Assembly: GCA_045863235.1 (NCBI GenBank)
Contig: BTUM01000036.1
Location: 9,711 to 73,710 of the forward strand
DNA length: 64,000 bases
Source of the DNA: Candidatus Xenobia bacterium
GTDB taxonomy: Bacteria; Vulcanimicrobiota; Xenobia; Xenobiales; QWHO01
Reading direction: 5' to 3'
The notes under the pieces were generated by a model, which was given only the letters and a program-made list of their open reading frames with translations, was not told the DNA's origin and did no database searches. Shown here piece by piece: positions 59,251-64,000 of the stretch; within the stretch, counting starts at the first letter, position 1; each line of letters begins with the position of its first letter. The position numbers and the translations under genes are program-made.

Positions 59251-60649
59251 ACAGTACCTGCTGGCCTGTCTGGTCGGCGTGGGAGCCGGCCTGCTGGCGG
59301 TGGCCTTCCGCTATCTACTCGATCTGGCCGCCCAGAAGCGTCTGACCTTCCCGCCCGGGGCGCTGGTGGCGGTGGCCATCCTGGGGGCGGTGGCCAGCCT
59401 GGCCTTGACCCGGCGAGTGCCCGAGATCTCCGGGAGTGGCATCCCCTACCTGAAGGCGGTGATCCGGAATCTGCGCGCTCTGGTCTGGGAGCGTGTGCTA
59501 CCGGCCAAGTTCCTGGGAGGTCTCCTGGGCCTGGGAGCCGGCATGGCTCTGGGCCGCGAGGGGCCCACCGTGCAGATGGGCGCATCCGTGGGCGAGCTCC
59601 TGGCTGAGCGCACCGGCCTGAACGATCATGAGCGGCGCGAGCTGGTGGCGGCTGGCTCGGGCGCCGGGCTGGCGGCCGCCTTCAATGCCCCCCTTTCAGG
59701 AATGGTCTTCGTGCTGGAGGAGCTGCATGCCAACTTCACCTCGGGCACCTTTTTGTGCACCCTGGTAGCGGCCGCCAGCGCCGACATGGTGACCCGACTC
59801 TTCCTGGGCCAGCAGCCGGCCTTCCATCTGCCTTCGGTAGCAACGCCTCCGCTCAGCTGGGGTCCCGCCTTCGTCCTGTTGGGGCTGACTGGCGGCCTGG
59901 CGGGCACCCTGTTCAACCGCTCCCTGCTGGCTTCGCTCAGCCTCTTCCCGAGACTGTTCGGAAGGCTCTCCCTGGTCGGGGCCGCGGTGGCAGGACTGCT
60001 GGTCGGCCTGGCCGGGTGCTGGATGCCGGCCGTGACCGGCGACGGCGAGCGCCTGCTCGAGCTCCTCCCCGACCAGTCGCTGCCCATCAACGCGCTGCTC
60101 GCCCTGCTGGCGGTGCGCCTGCTCCTTACCATGGCCTGTTACGGTTGCGGTGCCCCGGGCGGCATCTTTGCGCCTTTGCTGGTCCTGGGGGCCCTGCACG
60201 GACTGATCTTCGCCCGATTGACGGGCCTGGAGCCTCTCGCCTGCATGGTGGTCTCCATGGCTGCTTACTTCACGGCCATTGTGCGCGCACCCTTGACGGG
60301 AATGGTGCTGATCCTGGAGATGACCCTCAGCTACAACCTGATGCTCCCTTTGTTGCTGGCCTGTGGAGCAGCCTCGGTGGTTTGCGAGCTGACCGGAAAT
60401 CCACCCATTTACGATGCCATGATGGGGCGTGATACCACCGTGGTTGCCTTTCGAGTCCGTCCAGGGGCTCCCTTCGAGGGCCGATCGCTGGCCGAGCTGG
60501 ACCTTCCTGAAGGCTGCCAGGCCGTAGGGCTGGGCCCCGAGGATGTGCTGCGCGCCGGCGACGAGTTGACCGCCTCCATCGAATCGGAAGCCGATTCGAC
60601 CCTGGAAAAACTCCGGCTGGGAACGGGTTGCCCAGCAGGAAATGGCTGA
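59222..60649 (+). CDS. clcA: ClC H+/Cl- exchange transporter with short C-terminal RCK_C-like tail
   Basis: GSGIP, GREGPT, FNAPLSG..LEE, GIFAP, PIYD. Confidence 0.92.
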   Translation: MYARPLTSRKQYLLACLVGVGAGLLAVAFRYLLDLAAQKRLTFPPGALVAVAILGAVASLALTRRVPEISGSGIPYLKAVIRNLRALVWERVLPAKFLGGLLGLGAGMALGREGPTVQMGASVGELLAERTGLNDHERRELVAAGSGAGLAAAFNAPLSGMVFVLEELHANFTSGTFLCTLVAAASADMVTRLFLGQQPAFHLPSVATPPLSWGPAFVLLGLTGGLAGTLFNRSLLASLSLFPRLFGRLSLVGAAVAGLLVGLAGCWMPAVTGDGERLLELLPDQSLPINALLALLAVRLLLTMACYGCGAPGGIFAPLLVLGALHGLIFARLTGLEPLACMVVSMAAYFTAIVRAPLTGMVLILEMTLSYNLMLPLLLACGAASVVCELTGNPPIYDAMMGRDTTVVAFRVRPGAPFEGRSLAELDLPEGCQAVGLGPEDVLRAGDELTASIESEADSTLEKLRLGTGCPAGNG

Positions 60650-60675
60650 GAGCCCGCAAAGGCGCCGGTCCAATC

Positions 60676-61581
60676 ATGAAAGAGTACACCCGACCCTATC
60701 TGCAACAGATCGAATCGGAAGCCATCTACGTGCTGCGCGAGGTGGCCGGCCAGTTCGACAACCCCGCCCTGCTCTTCTCGGGCGGCAAAGACTCCATCGT
60801 GGTGGCCTGGCTGGCTCGCAAGGCCTTCTTTCCGGCTCCCATCCCCTTCCCGTTCGTGCATATCGATACCGGGCACAACTTTCCCGAAACTCTCGAGTAC
60901 CGCGACCGCTTTCTGAACGACCTGAAGGTCAAGCTCCTGGTGGGCTCGGTGCAGGAATCGATCGACTCGGGTCGGGTGAGCGAGGAGACGGGTCCTTACG
61001 CCAGCCGGAACGCCCTGCAGACGGTCACCCTGCTAGATACCATCGCAGCCCACCGTTTCGACGCCTGTATCGGGGGAGCGCGGCGCGACGAGGAGAAGGC
61101 CCGAGCCAAGGAGCGCTTCTTCTCTCACCGTAACGAGGCTGGCCAGTGGGACCCCAAGAACCAGCGGCCCGAGCTGTGGAATCTGTTCAACGGGCGCAAG
61201 AAGATGGGCGAGCACTTCCGGGTCTTCCCCATCAGCAACTGGACCGAGATGGACGTTTGGGAGTACATCCGCCAGGAGTCGATCCCCCTCCCCTCGCTCT
61301 ACTTCAGCCACCAGCGCGAGATCATCGACCGCAGCGGGGTGCTGCTGGCCTTCTCAACGGTGGTCCAGCCGGTCAACGGCGAGACGGTGCAGCGGCGCAC
61401 GGTTCGCTTTCGCACCATCGGCGACATGACGTGCACCGGGGCGGTGGACTCGACGGCCAGCACGGTGGACGAGATCGTCCTGGAGGTGGCCGCCGCCCGC
61501 GTGACCGAGCGGGGGGGACGCTTTGACGACAAACGCTCCGACGCGGCCATGGAAGAGCGCAAGAAGGACGGGTATTTCTAA
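60676..61581 (+). CDS. cysD: Sulfate adenylyltransferase subunit 2
   Basis: FSGGKDS, GGARRDEEKARAKER, FRTIGD, KDGYF. Confidence 0.97.
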   Translation: MKEYTRPYLQQIESEAIYVLREVAGQFDNPALLFSGGKDSIVVAWLARKAFFPAPIPFPFVHIDTGHNFPETLEYRDRFLNDLKVKLLVGSVQESIDSGRVSEETGPYASRNALQTVTLLDTIAAHRFDACIGGARRDEEKARAKERFFSHRNEAGQWDPKNQRPELWNLFNGRKKMGEHFRVFPISNWTEMDVWEYIRQESIPLPSLYFSHQREIIDRSGVLLAFSTVVQPVNGETVQRRTVRFRTIGDMTCTGAVDSTASTVDEIVLEVAAARVTERGGRFDDKRSDAAMEERKKDGYF

Positions 61582-61584
61582 CCG

Positions 61585-63465
61585 ATGACCGACCAGAATC
61601 TGCTTCGCTTCACGACCGCTGGCAGCGTGGACGATGGCAAGAGCACCCTGATAGGACGGTTGCTCTACGACTCCAAGTCCATCTTTCAAGACCAGCTCGA
61701 CGCGGTCAAGAAGGCCAGCCTTCAACGCGGGGATGCCACCGTGGATCTGGCCCTGCTGACCGACGGGCTGCGGGCCGAGCGCGAGCAACGCATCACCATC
61801 GACGTGGCCTATCGCTACTTCGCCACCCCGCGCCGCAAGTTCATCATCGCCGACACACCGGGCCACATTCAGTACACCCGCAACATGGTGACCGGAGCCT
61901 CCACGGCCGAGGCGGCCATCGTGCTGGTGGACGCGCGCAAGGGGGTGGTCACCCAGTCGCGACGACACGGCTTCCTGGCCGCTTTGCTCAACATCCCCCA
62001 CATCGTGGTGGCGGTCAACAAGATGGATCTGGTGGGCTACGACAAGAACGCGTTTGAGGAGATTGTCAGCGACTTCACCGCTTTCGCCAGCAAAATCGAG
62101 GTCCAGGACCTGGCCTTCATCCCGATCTCAGCCCTGCACGGCGACAACATCATCGAGCGCAGCTTGAAGATGCCCTGGTACCGAGGCAGTACGCTGCTCA
62201 ACCACCTCGAGAGCGTGAACACGGGCGCCAACCGCAATCTGATCGACTTTCGCTTCCCGGTGCAATACGTCGTGCGACCTCACCAGGACTTCCGGGGCTT
62301 CTGCGGACGCATCGCCTCGGGTCGCCTCCAGGTCGGTGACGACGTGGTGGCCCTGCCCTCGGGAGCCGGCAGCCGGGTCAAGTCGATCCTGGTGGGCACC
62401 GACGAAGTCTCGGAAGCTTTCGCCGGCGACTCAGTGCTGATCACGCTGCAAGATGAGATCGACGTCAGTCGCGGCGACATGCTGGTGCGCAAGCGCAATC
62501 TCCCCAGCCGGGCACGGGCTCTGGACGCCATGCTGTGCTGGATGTCGGAGACTCCCCTGAATCGCAAGCAGAGCTACATTCTGCAGCACACGACCCGCAC
62601 CGTGCAGGCCCAGATCAGCGAGCTGACCTACCGCATCGACGTGGATACCATGCACCGCGATCCCAGCCAGACGCTGGAGTTGAACGACATCGGACGGGTT
62701 CAACTGACCACCGCCCAGCCGCTCTTCTTCGACCGCTATCGGCTCAACCGGGAGACCGGCTCTTTCATCCTGATCGATCCGGTCAGCAACACGACGGTGG
62801 GAGCGGGGATGTTCCGCGGCCCGGCCCGCGAGCTCTCGGATGTGATCTCTCCCAGGGCCCGTCAAACCTCGAGCAACATCGTGAGCGAGACGGGCCTGAT
62901 TGACCGGGCCGAGCGGGAGGCCCGCAATCTCCACCGGGCCGCCGTGGTCTGGTTCACCGGCCTGTCCGGGTCGGGCAAGTCGACCATCGCCAAGGCGGTC
63001 GAGCGCCGACTGTTTGAGCGCGGCTGCCAGACCATGTATCTCGACGGCGACAACGTGCGCGGCGGCCTGTGCGGCGATCTCGGCTTCTCCGAGCAAGACC
63101 GCCAGGAGAACATCCGCCGCGTGGGCGAGGTGGCCCGGCTCGGCTTTGAGCACGGCCAGATCGTGCTGTGCAGCTTCATCAGCCCCTACGAGCGCGACCG
63201 GGCCGTGGTGCGGGCCCTGCTGCCCGAAGGGTCGTTCTTCGAGGTGTTCGTGCACTGCCCGCTCGAGGTGTGCAAGCAGCGGGACGTCAAGGGCCTCTAT
63301 GCCCGGGCCGAGCGGGGTGAGATCCCCCATTTCACGGGGGTCTCCGCCCCCTACGAGGCGCCCGCCATGCCGTCCTTGCTGCTCGACTCGTCGGCCAGGG
63401 ACGTGGACAGCTGCGTCAGCCTGGTGCTCGAGTGCCTGGAGCGAGCCTCGATTCTACCCGGCTGA
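61585..63465 (+). CDS. cysNC: Bifunctional sulfate adenylyltransferase subunit 1 / APS kinase
   Basis: GSVDDGKSTLIGRL, DTPGH, NKMD; C-terminal GLSGSGKST, DGDNVR. Confidence 0.96.
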   Translation: MTDQNLLRFTTAGSVDDGKSTLIGRLLYDSKSIFQDQLDAVKKASLQRGDATVDLALLTDGLRAEREQRITIDVAYRYFATPRRKFIIADTPGHIQYTRNMVTGASTAEAAIVLVDARKGVVTQSRRHGFLAALLNIPHIVVAVNKMDLVGYDKNAFEEIVSDFTAFASKIEVQDLAFIPISALHGDNIIERSLKMPWYRGSTLLNHLESVNTGANRNLIDFRFPVQYVVRPHQDFRGFCGRIASGRLQVGDDVVALPSGAGSRVKSILVGTDEVSEAFAGDSVLITLQDEIDVSRGDMLVRKRNLPSRARALDAMLCWMSETPLNRKQSYILQHTTRTVQAQISELTYRIDVDTMHRDPSQTLELNDIGRVQLTTAQPLFFDRYRLNRETGSFILIDPVSNTTVGAGMFRGPARELSDVISPRARQTSSNIVSETGLIDRAEREARNLHRAAVVWFTGLSGSGKSTIAKAVERRLFERGCQTMYLDGDNVRGGLCGDLGFSEQDRQENIRRVGEVARLGFEHGQIVLCSFISPYERDRAVVRALLPEGSFFEVFVHCPLEVCKQRDVKGLYARAERGEIPHFTGVSAPYEAPAMPSLLLDSSARDVDSCVSLVLECLERASILPG

Positions 63466-63841
63466 GCGAACAGATGTCCGTGATCGAGGGTCACTGAAGT
63501 TCTGCCTTGATCGGGTTAGACTGGAGGCATCCAATCCTGGAAGGAGTCTCCCCGATGCACCGATCACTGCCCTCAATCCGAGCCCAGCAACCCCGCAAAC
63601 CCCCACCGGCCGCGCCAGCCTGTCCGCCGGTCCGACTGCCACCCGACCAGGAGCGCCCCCCTCTGCGCTTCCCGCGCCGTCTGGGGGATCTTGCCTGGCC
63701 GGTGGGCCCGAGCAACCCCGGCCTGCCATCGGTCTGGCCCGCCCGCCGGCGGCGACCGGAGCCGCCCGCCCCCCCCATCGGCCTGGCTGCCTGAGCGGAC
63801 GGCCCGCTGGGATTCTGGCCGCCTGGTTTGCGGCCCGCCCC

Positions 63842-64000
63842 GGTTGTCTGGAAGGATGGCTGGTTGCCCGGAAGGGCGGCTTGGTTGCCCGGAAGGGCGG
63901 CTCGGTTGCCCGGAAGGGCGGCTTGGTTGCCCGGAAGGGCGGCTTGGTTGCCCGGAAGGGCGGCTTGGTTGCCCGGAAGGGCGGCTTGGTTGCCCGGAAG
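63842..64000. repeat. 21-bp tandem repeat TTGGTTGCCCGGAAGGGCGGC, running off the window end
   Basis: About 6.7 near-identical copies from 63861 plus one degenerate copy at 63842; no spacers. Confidence 0.95.

Noticed and set aside
63842..64000. CRISPR array
   Set aside because: Head-to-tail 21-mers with no unique spacers and no cas genes.
1..64000. tRNA, rRNA or IS transposase genes
   Set aside because: None recognisable by eye; tRNAscan-SE and ISEScan were not run.

Overview
A high-GC (about 67-68% by eye) chromosomal window. The gene content suggests a Terrabacteria lineage such as Ca. Eremiobacterota/Armatimonadota, but that is inference only. Housekeeping genes: tatD (partial), an rpmE-prfA-prmC-accB-like-accC-nusB-PBP1A-mobA-rluE operon, a Xer recombinase, aceBA, a ClC antiporter and cysD-cysNC. 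Other content: two three-gene type IV minor pilin cassettes, a Wsp-like chemosensory cluster with phosphorelay partners, a selenocysteine-containing NAD-linked formate dehydrogenase (in-frame UGA plus SECIS), a Phd-VapC toxin-antitoxin pair, an Lhr-type helicase, a decaying 4 kb islet between ~200 bp direct repeats, and an orphan tubulin-like protein. Most notable: (1) a translationally coupled operon of PP2C phosphatase, three pilins, a Ser/Thr kinase and a pseudokinase; (2) an AccB homologue lacking the biotin-accepting lysine; (3) several hydrolases with FlgM-like (D/E)xVxLS leaders instead of Sec/Tat signals; (4) a candidate ~135 nt structured RNA with its own -10 box and terminator; (5) strong over-representation of CTCGAG; (6) repeated leaderless promoters. 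All family calls come from visual motif recognition, not database searches.
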